DNA from: Caecitellus pseudoparvulus
Taxonomy: Eukaryota > Protista > Bigyra: Bicosoecida
DNA length: 47,481 nt
Direction of reading: 5' to 3'
Assembly: GCA_965644315.1 (NCBI GenBank)
Contig: CBFFRQ010000010.1
Location: 1 to 47,481 of the forward strand
A program made the position numbers and the translations under genes. Within the stretch, counting starts at the first letter, position 1. Every line of letters starts with the position of its first letter. Shown one piece after another: positions 1 to 10,700 of this stretch. The notes under the pieces were generated by a model. It was not told the origin of the DNA and ran no database searches. It saw only the letters and a program-made list of their open reading frames with translations.

Positions 1-1760
1 AACCCTAACCCTAACCCTAACCCTAACCCTAACCCTAACCCTAACCCTAACCCTAACCCTAACCCTAACCCTAACCCTAACCCTAACCCTAACCCTAACC
101 CTAACCCTAACCCTAACCCTAACCCTAACCCTAACCCTAACCCTAACCCTAACCCTAACCCTAACCCTAACCCTAACCCTAACCCTAACCCTAACCCTAA
201 CCCTAACCCTAACCCTAACCCTAACCCTAACCCTAACCCTAACCCTAACCCTAACCCTAACCCTAACCCTAACCCTAACCCTAACCCTAACCCTAACCCT
301 AACCCTAACCCTAACCCTAACCCTAACCCTAACCCTAACCCTAACCCTAACCCTAACCCTAACCCTAACCCTAACCCTAACCCTAACCCTAACCCTAACC
401 CTAACCCTAACCCTAACCCTAACCCTAACCCTAACCCTAACCCTAACCCTAACCCTAACCCTAACCCTAACCCTAACCCTAACCCTAACCCTAACCCTAA
501 CCCTAACCCTAACCCTAACCCTAACCCTAACCCTAACCCTAACCCTAACCCTAACCCTAACCCTAACCCTAACCCTAACCCTAACCCTAACCCTAACCCT
601 AACCCTAACCCTAACCCTAACCCTAACCCTAACCCTAACCCTAACCCTAACCCTAACCCTAACCCTAACCCTAACCCTAACCCTAACCCTAACCCTAACC
701 CTAACCCTAACCCTAACCCTAACCCTAACCCTAACCCTAACCCTAACCCTAACCCTAACCCTAACCCTAACCCTAACCCTAACCCTAACCCTAACCCTAA
801 CCCTAACCCTAACCCTAACCCTAACCCTAACCCTAACCCTAACCCTAACCCTAACCCTAACCCTAACCCTAACCCTAACCCTAACCCTAACCCTAACCCT
901 AACCCTAACCCTAACCCTAACCCTAACCCTAACCCTAACCCTAACCCTAACCCTAACCCTAACCCTAACCCTAACCCTAACCCTAACCCTAACCCTAACC
1001 CTAACCCTAACCCTAACCCTAACCCTAACCCTAACCCTAACCCTAACCCTAACCCTAACCCTAACCCTAACCCTAACCCTAACCCTAACCCTAACCCTAA
1101 CCCTAACCCTAACCCTAACCCTAACCCTAACCCTAACCCTAACCCTAACCCTAACCCTAACCCTAACCCTAACCCTAACCCTAACCCTAACCCTAACCCT
1201 AACCCTAACCCTAACCCTAACCCTAACCCTAACCCTAACCCTAACCCTAACCCTAACCCTAACCCTAACCCTAACCCTAACCCTAACCCTAACCCTAACC
1301 CTAACCCTAACCCTAACCCTAACCCTAACCCTAACCCTAACCCTAACCCTAACCCTAACCCTAACCCTAACCCTAACCCTAACCCTAACCCTAACCCTAA
1401 CCCTAACCCTAACCCTAACCCTAACCCTAACCCTAACCCTAACCCTAACCCTAACCCTAACCCTAACCCTAACCCTAACCCTAACCCTAACCCTAACCCT
1501 AACCCTAACCCTAACCCTAACCCTAACCCTAACCCTAACCCTAACCCTAACCCTAACCCTAACCCTAACCCTAACCCTAACCCTAACCCTAACCCTAACC
1601 CTAACCCTAACCCTAACCCTAACCCTAACCCTAACCCTAACCCTAACCCTAACCCTAACCCTAACCCTAACCCTAACCCTAACCCTAACCCTAACCCTAA
1701 CCCTAACCCTAACCCTAACCCTAACCCTAACCCTAACCCTAACCCTAACCCTAACCCTAA
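1..1760. repeat. Terminal telomere, (CCCTAA)n / (TTAGGG)n, ~293 repeats
   Basis: Uninterrupted AACCCT hexamer from base 1 to 1760; C-rich strand on +, as expected for a left chromosome end. Confidence 0.99.
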
Positions 1761-4708
1761 AGGAGTAGCTAACCCAAACTTTCCAAATGTCAAGCTAATC
1801 ACAAGTTGTGAAGTGCTAACATTGCCTAATCCAGGCGCTCGTGCACCCAAGTGTGGTGTTGCACAGTGCTTGCTGGTTGGGTGGTGCGCACCGGGGCGGG
1901 GTAGTGCGAATTCCGCACACCATCGCACCGTGGCTCCCAGTTTGCGCCCTCGGTCGGGGCATGCACCTGGGATCGACATCAAAAGCATCATTGACAAGCA
2001 TCATGAACGCCCAAGTGGATCAAGTCCTGGGGGTCCTCTTCGTGGAGGGGTGCCTGAAGCGCAAGCAAGTGCTCGGCCCCAGAACAGGTGTCTTCACTGA
2101 CATGCCACGTCGGGGTGCCGCACGCACCTTCGAGCTTGGAGGACCCCTGCCCAAGACTGATCATGATAGTTCATCTTCGGCACGGGACATGTGGCTCGAG
2201 GTCTATGGGGAAGCCGCCGAACGGCTGATCCCAGGGCTGAGTGCGGAATTCGGCAACGCCAATGCGGCCCTGCGCCAGGGACCCACCGGATCGCCAACCA
2301 TCCTCGTCACGCTCGGAAGTGAGGGTGATTCACCAACAGTGGCACGTCAACTTCGCATTCTTGCTGCTCAAGAGGACGACTTCGCCATTCGAGTCGGCCA
2401 AGGTGGGTTCGTCGCCGTGGCCTACACCAACACCAAGCAGTTCGCATCGGCGAAGGCGAAAGTGAAGGTGAAGGCCCACCCCACCGCCATCCAAGTGGCC
2501 CACCAAGTGACCAAGGAAGCAACCGAAATCGCCTGCCAGTCAGGTGATGTTGCCAAGGTCATGTGCCTCGTTAGGTCCCACTTCGACCATGGCCCCGTGC
2601 CAGCCCAAGCCGTCCGTCCCAGTGTCAGACAATCCGTCCCCTCCGAGGGTGATGCACCTGTCGACACCAAGACACCATCGACCTGGACTGACACTCAGCT
2701 CGACAAGGCACCGAAGAAGAAGAAGACCCGTCGAGGCAAGCGAGGAAAGGGCAAGTCAGCCGGACGATCCCTCACCTTCGAGGACGTCTTCATCAAGAAC
2801 GTCCGGCCACCTGCACCTCGACCAACCTCACCACCTGCCACCCAAGGCTCACCCAAAGATACCGTCACCACCCCTGTGGTGCATGCCATGTTGCCTTCAT
2901 CAAGGGTGCAGCGGGGCGTCGACCGCAAGTGGCCGTCCCCCACCCCGTCGGGCGAGGCAAGCCCCGAGGTGCACCGGTATCGGCCGTCTGCAGCAGCAGC
3001 ATGGGAGGTGATCACAAGGGTGGTGCCTCTTCATGACAGTGTGCGGACACCCGAGCACCTGGCCGAGTACCCCATCAAGCCTGGCCCTCTGGCCGACCTG
3101 CTGTCATCGACCCACGTGTACTCTAACGTGGGGGGGCGGGCCTGTGTCCAGGCCTGTCTCGAGACGGCAGCAGGGGAGAGGGTCTTCGAGGCTGGGGACC
3201 TCCTCCTACTCCAGCATGCAGCCACCATCAACGCTGCCCAGCTTGCCTTCAAGCACATGGTCAGGCAGCTGGAGGGGGTGGTCAGTGACTCGTCCAGCTC
3301 GGACATCATGGACGTCGGCCAGAAGCCACCCTCCCCCTTCCGCTCAGACGGGCAACGGGTGGCCGTCTTCCGCAACATGCTGCACCAGCACTCGCCGGAT
3401 GACACCTTCCTGGCCCCAGGTACACCACCAGTCCTGCTTCCCGGCCTGCACCTGCTCATCGACCGCATCAACCAAGGGTACCGTGCCCCAGCCGGGCATG
3501 ATGACCTTGGCCAGGCCGGCGTCGACCCCAGCCAGGTTGATGAAGAGGGTGACCAAGAGGGGCACCTCGACGGAGTGCTGTATGCCTTCGCACTTCGAGA
3601 GGTGTGGACCGACAACACGGCCCATCTGCAGCTCATCCTCGTCGACCATGATCGAGGCAAGCTGGTGCTGTGGAACCCCGACATCCCTGACCTCCATGAC
3701 GAGCTGCCCCTGCACAAGTGCATGACCCGGCTGGCAGCCGAAGGCATCAACGTCTTGTACCGGATCTGGACCACACCCGAGGCGGGCAGTCCAGCACCCT
3801 TCCGGGACAGGCTTCGAGGGGCACTCCAGTCTCTCCGAGATGACTTCCCCCCCCTGCCTCACAAGGCCACCGACGGCACCGTGCACCCCCAGACCCTCAT
3901 CGCTGGCAAGGGCACAAGGGTGGCCATGCCTCATGGGCGGATGACCCGACAGCAGGCCGCCACCCTGGAGGCTGAGGTCAAGGACCCCCTCAAGCGGCTG
4001 GTGCCTGAAGACGGCGAGGGTCGCCTGCCCAAGGTCAAGGATGTGCCCCACATCTCGATCGGGCAGATGGGTGGACGCCTGATGTAAGTCACCTGTGGGG
4101 GCATACTCCCTGTGCCACACATGACTGAAGCTTTGTGTCGCGACCGACGCACATAGCTGACATCGGACATTGGAAAGTCCAACCCAACCTCACCATCACC
4201 AACCCAACATCGATACCAACACATCAGGACTCGGCTCAGTGGAAGGGGAAGGCACTTGCAGCAAGATCTGTGAGGCCGCCCCCAAACCTGAGCCGAAGGG
4301 ACAGCCGGGCTGGGTCGTGTGCTTGCATCTCAGCAACACCCAGTCCGTGTCGAGTCCATATCCTCCAGCCCACACCGCCACCCAAGCCAAGCAAGTCGGG
4401 TCTCCACCCCTGGACATCGGACCGAGACGGACGAGACTGGACTGGACGGACAAGACAAGAGTGGACCGAGACCTGGACCTACACCTCAAGACCATCCCAC
4501 CGGGGCGGGCGCTGAAGCGCCAAGACAGACGGCGACTTATACAACGGACACGAGTCTGTGCTAGTCGCAAAGCCGTGCAAGCGGTGCCGTCGTGGTGTCT
4601 GTGTCACTGCATTCTGTTGTGGCGCAGGTGGCACCACATGTCCAAGCCCAAGCTGTACCATGATGTAGCCTGCATGGAGGCAATCTGCAATGCATTGAGT
4701 AGCTAACC
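1761..4708 (+). mobile_element. Putative telomere-associated, non-autonomous terminal retroelement-like unit
   Basis: Lies between the terminal telomere and an internal telomere tract. GAGTAGCTAACC occurs at both ends (1763-1774, 4697-4708). One long intronless ORF with 5' end distal and 3' end running into C-rich repeats. No RT or transposase motif seen. Confidence 0.6.
2003..4087 (+). CDS. Hypothetical ~694-aa protein (ORF1/gag-like?) with basic patch and possible papain-like Cys...His...Asn region
   Basis: First ATG at 2003 within the 748-codon open frame. KKKKTRRGKRGKGK basic patch, P/S/T-rich linker, then GRACVQACLE ... AHLQLILVDHDRGKLVLWNPD. Confidence 0.75.
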   Translation: MNAQVDQVLGVLFVEGCLKRKQVLGPRTGVFTDMPRRGAARTFELGGPLPKTDHDSSSSARDMWLEVYGEAAERLIPGLSAEFGNANAALRQGPTGSPTILVTLGSEGDSPTVARQLRILAAQEDDFAIRVGQGGFVAVAYTNTKQFASAKAKVKVKAHPTAIQVAHQVTKEATEIACQSGDVAKVMCLVRSHFDHGPVPAQAVRPSVRQSVPSEGDAPVDTKTPSTWTDTQLDKAPKKKKTRRGKRGKGKSAGRSLTFEDVFIKNVRPPAPRPTSPPATQGSPKDTVTTPVVHAMLPSSRVQRGVDRKWPSPTPSGEASPEVHRYRPSAAAAWEVITRVVPLHDSVRTPEHLAEYPIKPGPLADLLSSTHVYSNVGGRACVQACLETAAGERVFEAGDLLLLQHAATINAAQLAFKHMVRQLEGVVSDSSSSDIMDVGQKPPSPFRSDGQRVAVFRNMLHQHSPDDTFLAPGTPPVLLPGLHLLIDRINQGYRAPAGHDDLGQAGVDPSQVDEEGDQEGHLDGVLYAFALREVWTDNTAHLQLILVDHDRGKLVLWNPDIPDLHDELPLHKCMTRLAAEGINVLYRIWTTPEAGSPAPFRDRLRGALQSLRDDFPPLPHKATDGTVHPQTLIAGKGTRVAMPHGRMTRQQAATLEAEVKDPLKRLVPEDGEGRLPKVKDVPHISIGQMGGRLM

Positions 4709-4740
4709 TAACCCTAACCCTAACCCTAACCCTAACCTAA
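4703..4740. repeat. Internal telomeric tract (~6 units, two 5-nt variants)
   Basis: CTAAC-CTAACC-CTAACC-CTAACC-CTAACC-CTAAC-CTAA, same orientation as the terminal telomere. Confidence 0.95.
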
Positions 4741-7700
4741 AGGGAATGACAGCACAGTGCTTAAGGTGACAATAGTGCGTGGGGTAGCTGGCTGGATGCG
4801 ACCACACCTCGCCAGTCGCTGCGCGAGGGCTGACACAATGTCCACGAACGTCGGCACTCGACTATCCACGATTTGCCCTACAGTGCTGTCCCCTGCGCTG
4901 TCTGCACTGCCCAGCTCAGGCAACAGAGCTCGGATGCGGGCTCCGACTCGAGCCATCACTGCCCGTGCCGCTGAGCTGTACCCACGAACCACCACCAGCA
5001 GAATGGCCAGCAGGATGACGCCCTGTGAAATATACAGCAGGGCATCTGTAACTCCCCTCACACCTGCAGGTGGGCGGAGGCTATTCACGCCTACCAGGAT
5101 CACCTGCAGCACGATGCCGCCATGTGCCATGACGTCCAGGTCTGTCAGCTCCTCCAGACACCAGGGCCGCCGCCACCGCACGAGGAGCAGGCTTCCCAAC
5201 ACCACGCCACCCACCATGCACAGACGCAGAATGATGTCAGTGGTCAGCCACGTGACACATGCCACGACAGCGACAAGTGTGGTCTGCATCGCAAGGAATG
5301 TGTGTGTGGGCAGCAGCCAAGCGAAGCCCCAGCATGCTGACTGGGCTTTCTCAGCCTCGGCTACAGCAGCCTCCGCGATGGCACTGCTCTTATCGCCACC
5401 TGCGTGAGCCACAAGGCTCCGAGCTTGCGCTGGTGTCAACTGAATGCGGTAGCCGTTGGAGAGGAAGCCACGCACCGTGGCGCCTCGCAATGCAGCGGTG
5501 CTCGCTCCTCGCCACTGCCGCCAAGCCATGAAGGCGACGAATCCCACACTGCCTGCCAGAATGTGCAGCACGAGGGGGAAGATGAAGGGAGCTGCGGCTT
5601 TCACGGTGCCAGCTGGCGCATTCGCGTCAGCCAGTGCTTCGTGCTGAGGCCGCAACCCAACCAACTCGGCGTGCAGCTGCAGCAGAGCTGGGAGCAGGCG
5701 GACGTACGCAGCTGCCGGTAGCAACAACAAAACACTGCACCACACCCCACGCGCTGCGCCAACTGCAAGCTTGGCGAGGCCTAGCGTCAGTGCGGATGCC
5801 AGGATCAGGAAGGCACCCAGCGCCACCAGGAACAGGTTGCCAGCGCTGTCTGGGCTGGAAGGGTCGCCGCCACCTGCAGCACAGGCCACAGATGGCAGAC
5901 TGGCAAAGCTGCTAGACCCAGTGATGGCGGACAGCACAGCCATGCCGCCTGCACCGGCCGAGTCAGTGCCAACATCGCGAGTGTACAACGTGCCGTTCAG
6001 ATTTGAGGCGGTTTGGCCTGCCCACGGCCTGGCCAGCTCGCATGCGCCTGCCCACTGGTGCAGGGAGTGTGCTGACGCCTGGAGGGAGTCTGGACCTGAA
6101 GGAGCGAGGATTGCGATCTGGGCAGATATGCCGATGAACCAGAGCATGATCCGCAGTCCGCCCGAGAATAGGCTGGTGGTGAGCTGCTCAGGAGACTTGG
6201 CATATTTATGGAGAGCAAAGGCAGCCAAAGCAAGAGACACGGTGACTTGCACCGCAGCGAATCCAATGCTCGCCGCTGTTGGAGAGACACCAATGTCGGG
6301 GCACTGTTCACACATAGAGCAAGGTGACGTGGCCGCCCAACCTTGAACACAAGTGCCACATGCTGCTCCTGTGTGGCCTGGAGCGCAGCCAGTGATGCCT
6401 GCCAAAGTGGTGGACAATGCACAAGCACCTTTGCGCGGACAAGGCAGCAGCTGAGCTGTGGTGGCACTGTGGCACCCAGCGTAGCATGTGGATGAGCCTA
6501 AAAAGGCAAGGTGAAACGCAGATGACGAGGTTCCTGCACCTCCCGCTTGCCAGGCCCAACTCGAGCCTGTGGCAACACGCACAGTAGGTGATGGAGGCAA
6601 CGTGGGTGTGGGCGGGCTTTGTCCTGGGACTGACGAAGGTGAAGGGTTTGTTGAGGGTGACGTCAACACAGGCGCCTCGTTCACATCCGTCACCGTCACT
6701 GTGTACGACAAGTCCAAGCTCCCAGCACCGTCATTCACACGCACCGTGATACTGTGTGACGTCGCCAACTCGTAGTTCAGCGCAGACAGCAGCTGCAGCG
6801 TCTTGGACCCGCCGCTCGTCGTTGTGCCGGCGGTGAAGCCAAACAGCGTGTGGTGTGGCGCCAGCACGCTCCACGTCAGGGTGTCAGGGGGCAGGTCCTC
6901 GTCAGTCACGGTGAGAGCGGCGCCGATGTTGCCCGTGGCTTGTGACTCCGGCACAGTCACGGCCAGGGCCCCGCTCGTGTGCACGGGGAGCTGGTTCACA
7001 TCCTCCACCCCCACGATGACGACCGCATCTCCAGTCAGAATTGGTGCACCATTATCCGTGGCACGGATTGCAAGCGAGTATGACGTCGTCGTCTCGTAGT
7101 CCACCGTGGAGTTGTCGCTGATCTCCAGCTGTCCAGTGCTCGGGTGGATGCTGAAGACGCCATTCGGGTCCCCTGCCTCGATGCTCCACGAAATGGTGTC
7201 ATTGTCCCAGTCCCACGCCACCAACGGAGCACCCACAAGCTCCCCGTCGTTCACAGCCTCATCGAACGTGCGGGTCTGCCCATTTGCGACGACAGGGTTC
7301 TCATTGATATCGCTTACAGTGATGGTGACTGTTGCAGTGTCAGTGCGGCTTGTCGAATCTTCCAGCTCCACTGTCAACACAAAAGATGGGTCCTCCTCGA
7401 AGTTCAACGGGGCCCTGGCGACGGTGATCACGCCTGCGTTTGAAATGGCGAACCACCCCGTCGGGTCGCCTGCAGTGATGGAAAACGTCATGCCTGTCGT
7501 GCCATCTTCTGGGTCAGAGAAGACCAGCGTCGTGACTGTCGTGCTCACGGGACTGTTCTCCTCAACGCTGTCGGACCTGTCTGCCACAGTTGGGTCTTCC
7601 GGCATGTCATTCACCGTGACGGTGTAGATGCGGAAACCAACGTGGGCAGTTGAGTCCTCCGCATCCACCCGCACAGAGTACGTGCTCTTCGATTCGAAGT

Positions 7701-10700
7701 CGAACGAGCCAACCGTTTTCATCTCACCACTCGACGTGACCGTAAATGATGCTTGGTCAGGAGCACCGGAGCCTGGAATTGACCACGTGACTGGCTGACC
7801 TTCGGGCTCGTATGCAGACAAGGTGCCGACGGTGGACCCCGAGGATAGATTCTCGTCAATGCCCAGGGCCTGTGGGTGTGGACCTGGCGCCTCGTCAACG
7901 TCCAGAATGTTGATGGTGAAGGAGTGCGGCACGTTGAAGCCTTCGTTGTCCCACACAGTGAAGCTGGCCACGATGGAAGAGGCGGACTCGTGGTCCAGGA
8001 ACCCGTTCACCGTGAGGGCTGCAGATGACCCGACTGAGTTTGTGAGGGTCATGTTCTCCTGCCCACCTGTAAACGCCCACGTCAGGTCGGCTCCTTCAGG
8101 ATCAAATACATCCAGCGTAGCGATGAGCATGCCGTGGGGAGCCCCTTCCGAGACACTGACAGGGCCTACGGGGGTCGGCGAGGAAGGCGCTTCAGGCTCG
8201 TCGGAAACGTTGACCACCACGTTCTGATCATGGCACACTGTGGTGGGATTCCCCTCGTTATCGCACATCCTGACCGCCAGCGTGAATGACGCCACCGTCT
8301 CGTGGTCCATGGTGGACGATACCTGGATGCAGCCATCGTGACCCCCAGTTGTCGTCACGCTGAAGATGGCTGGGGATGACGGCGTCTGGCTGACCAAAGC
8401 GAAGGCAATATTTGTGTCGACTGCATCGGGGTCGTCAGCCTCCAGCAGGGTGGGAAAACAAGTCGCCGTTGCGTACAACTCCCCCACAGTGAAGGGACCG
8501 GGTGACGTCAACACAGGCGCCTCGTTCACATCCGTCACCGTCACTGTGTACGACAAGTCCAAGCTCCCAGCACCGTCATTCACACGCACCGTGATACTGT
8601 GTGACGTCGCCAACTCGTAGTTCAGCGCAGACAGCAGCTGCAGCGTCTTGGACCCGCCACTCGTCGTTGTGCCGGCGGTGAAGCCAAACAGCGTGTGGTG
8701 TGGCGCCAGCACGCTCCACGTCAGGGTGTCAGGGGGCAGGTCCTCGTCAGTCACGGTGAGAGCGGCGCCGATGTTGCCCGTGGCTTGTGACTCCGGCACA
8801 GTCACGGCCAGGGCCCCGCTCGTGTGCACGGGGAGCTGGTTCACATCCTCCACCCCCACGATGACGACCGCATCTCCAGTCAGAATTGGTGCACCATTAT
8901 CCGTGGCACGGATTGCAAGCGAGTATGACGTCGTCGTCTCGTAGTCCACCGTGGAGTTGTCGCTGATCTCCAGCTGTCCAGTGCTCGGGTGGATGCTGAA
9001 GACGCCATTCGGGTCCCCTGCCTCGATGCTCCACGAAATGGTGTCATTGTCCCAGTCCCACGCCACCAACGGAGCACCCACAAGCTCCCCGTCGTTCACA
9101 GCCTCATCGATCGTGCGGGTCTGCCCATTTGCGACGACAGGGTTCTCATTGATATCGCTTACAGTGATGGTGACTGTTGCAGTGTCAATGCGGCTTGTCG
9201 AATCTTCCAGCTCCACTGTCAACACAAAAGATGGGTCCTCCTCGAAGTTCAACGGGGCCCTGGCGACGGTGATCACGCCTGCGTTTGAAATGGCGAACCA
9301 CCCCGTCGGGTCGCCTGCAGTGATGGAAAACGTCATGCCTGTCGTGCCATCTTCTGGGTCAGAGAAGACCAGCGTCGTGACTGTCGTGCTCACGGGACTG
9401 TTCTCCTCAACGCTGTCGGACCTGTCTGCCACAGTTGGGTCTTCCGGCATGTCATTCACCGTGACGGTGTAGATGCGGAAACCAACGTGGGCAGTTGAGT
9501 CCTCCGCATCCACCCGCACAGAGTACGTGCTCTTCGATTCGAAGTCGAACGAGCCAACCGTTTTCATCTCACCACTCGACGTGACCGTAAATGATGCTTG
9601 GTCAGGAGCACCGGAGCCTGGAATTGACCACGTGACTGGCTGACCTTCGGGCTCGTATGCAGACAAGGTGCCGACGGTGGACCCCGAGGATAGATTCTCG
9701 TCAATGCCCAGGGCCTGTGGGTGTGGACCTGGCGCCTCGTCAACGTCCAGAATGTTGATGGTGAAGGAGTGCGGCACGTTGAAGCCCTCGTTGTCCCACA
9801 CAGTGAAGCTGGCCACGATGGAAGAGGCGGACTCGTGGTCCAGGAACCCGTTCACCGTGAGGGCTGCAGATGACCCGACTGAGTTTGTGAGGGTCATGTT
9901 CTCCTGCCCACCTGTAAACGCCCACGTCAGGTCGGCTCCTTCAGGATCAAATACATCCAGCGTAGCGATGAGCATGCCGTGGGGAGCCCCTTCCGAGACA
10001 CTGACAGGGCCTACGGGGGTCGGCGAGGAAGGCGCTTCAGGCTCGTCGGAAACGTTGACCACCACGTTCTGATCATGGCACACTGTGGTGGGATTCCCCT
10101 CGTTATCGCACATCCTGACCGCCAGCGTGAATGACGCCACCGTCTCGTGGTCCATGGTGGACGATACCTGGATGCAGCCATCGTGACCCCCAGTTGTCGT
10201 CACGCTGAAGATGGCTGGGGATGACGGCGTCTGGCTGACCAAAGCGAAGGCAATATTTGTGTCGACTGCATCGGGGTCGTCAGCCTCCAGCAGGGTGGGA
10301 AAACAAGTCGCCGTTGCGTACAACTCCCCCACAGTGAAGGGACCGGGTGACGTCAACACAGGCGCCTCGTTCACATCCGTCACCGTCACTGTGTACGACA
10401 AGTCCAAGCTCCCAGCACCGTCATTCACACGCACCGTGATACTGTGTGACGTCGCCAACTCGTAGTTCAGCGCAGACAGCAGCTGCAGCGTCTTGGACCC
10501 GCCACTCGTCGTTGTGCCGGCGGTGAAGCCAAACAGCGTGTGGTGTGGCGCCAGCACGCTCCACGTCAGGGTGTCAGGGGGCAGGTCCTCGTCAGTCACG
10601 GTGAGAGCGGCGCCGATGTTGCCCGTGGCTTGTGACTCCGGCACAGTCACGGCCAGGGCCCCGCTCGTGTGCACGGGGACCTCGTTCACATCCACTTCCG

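Noticed and set aside
4084-4156. GTAAGT over the element's stop codon as an intron donor extending the ORF
   Set aside because: The typical-length acceptor (ACATAG, 4156) gives an immediate TGA, and the shorter one (4130) gives no recognisable protein; no RT in any downstream frame.
4120-4180. Hammerhead ribozyme as in Penelope-like elements
   Set aside because: CTGAAG/CTGACA do not match the CTGANGA core and the stems do not close correctly.
4170-4706. 178-aa second ORF in the element
   Set aside because: No ATG start, low-complexity composition, no motifs; treated as 3' UTR.
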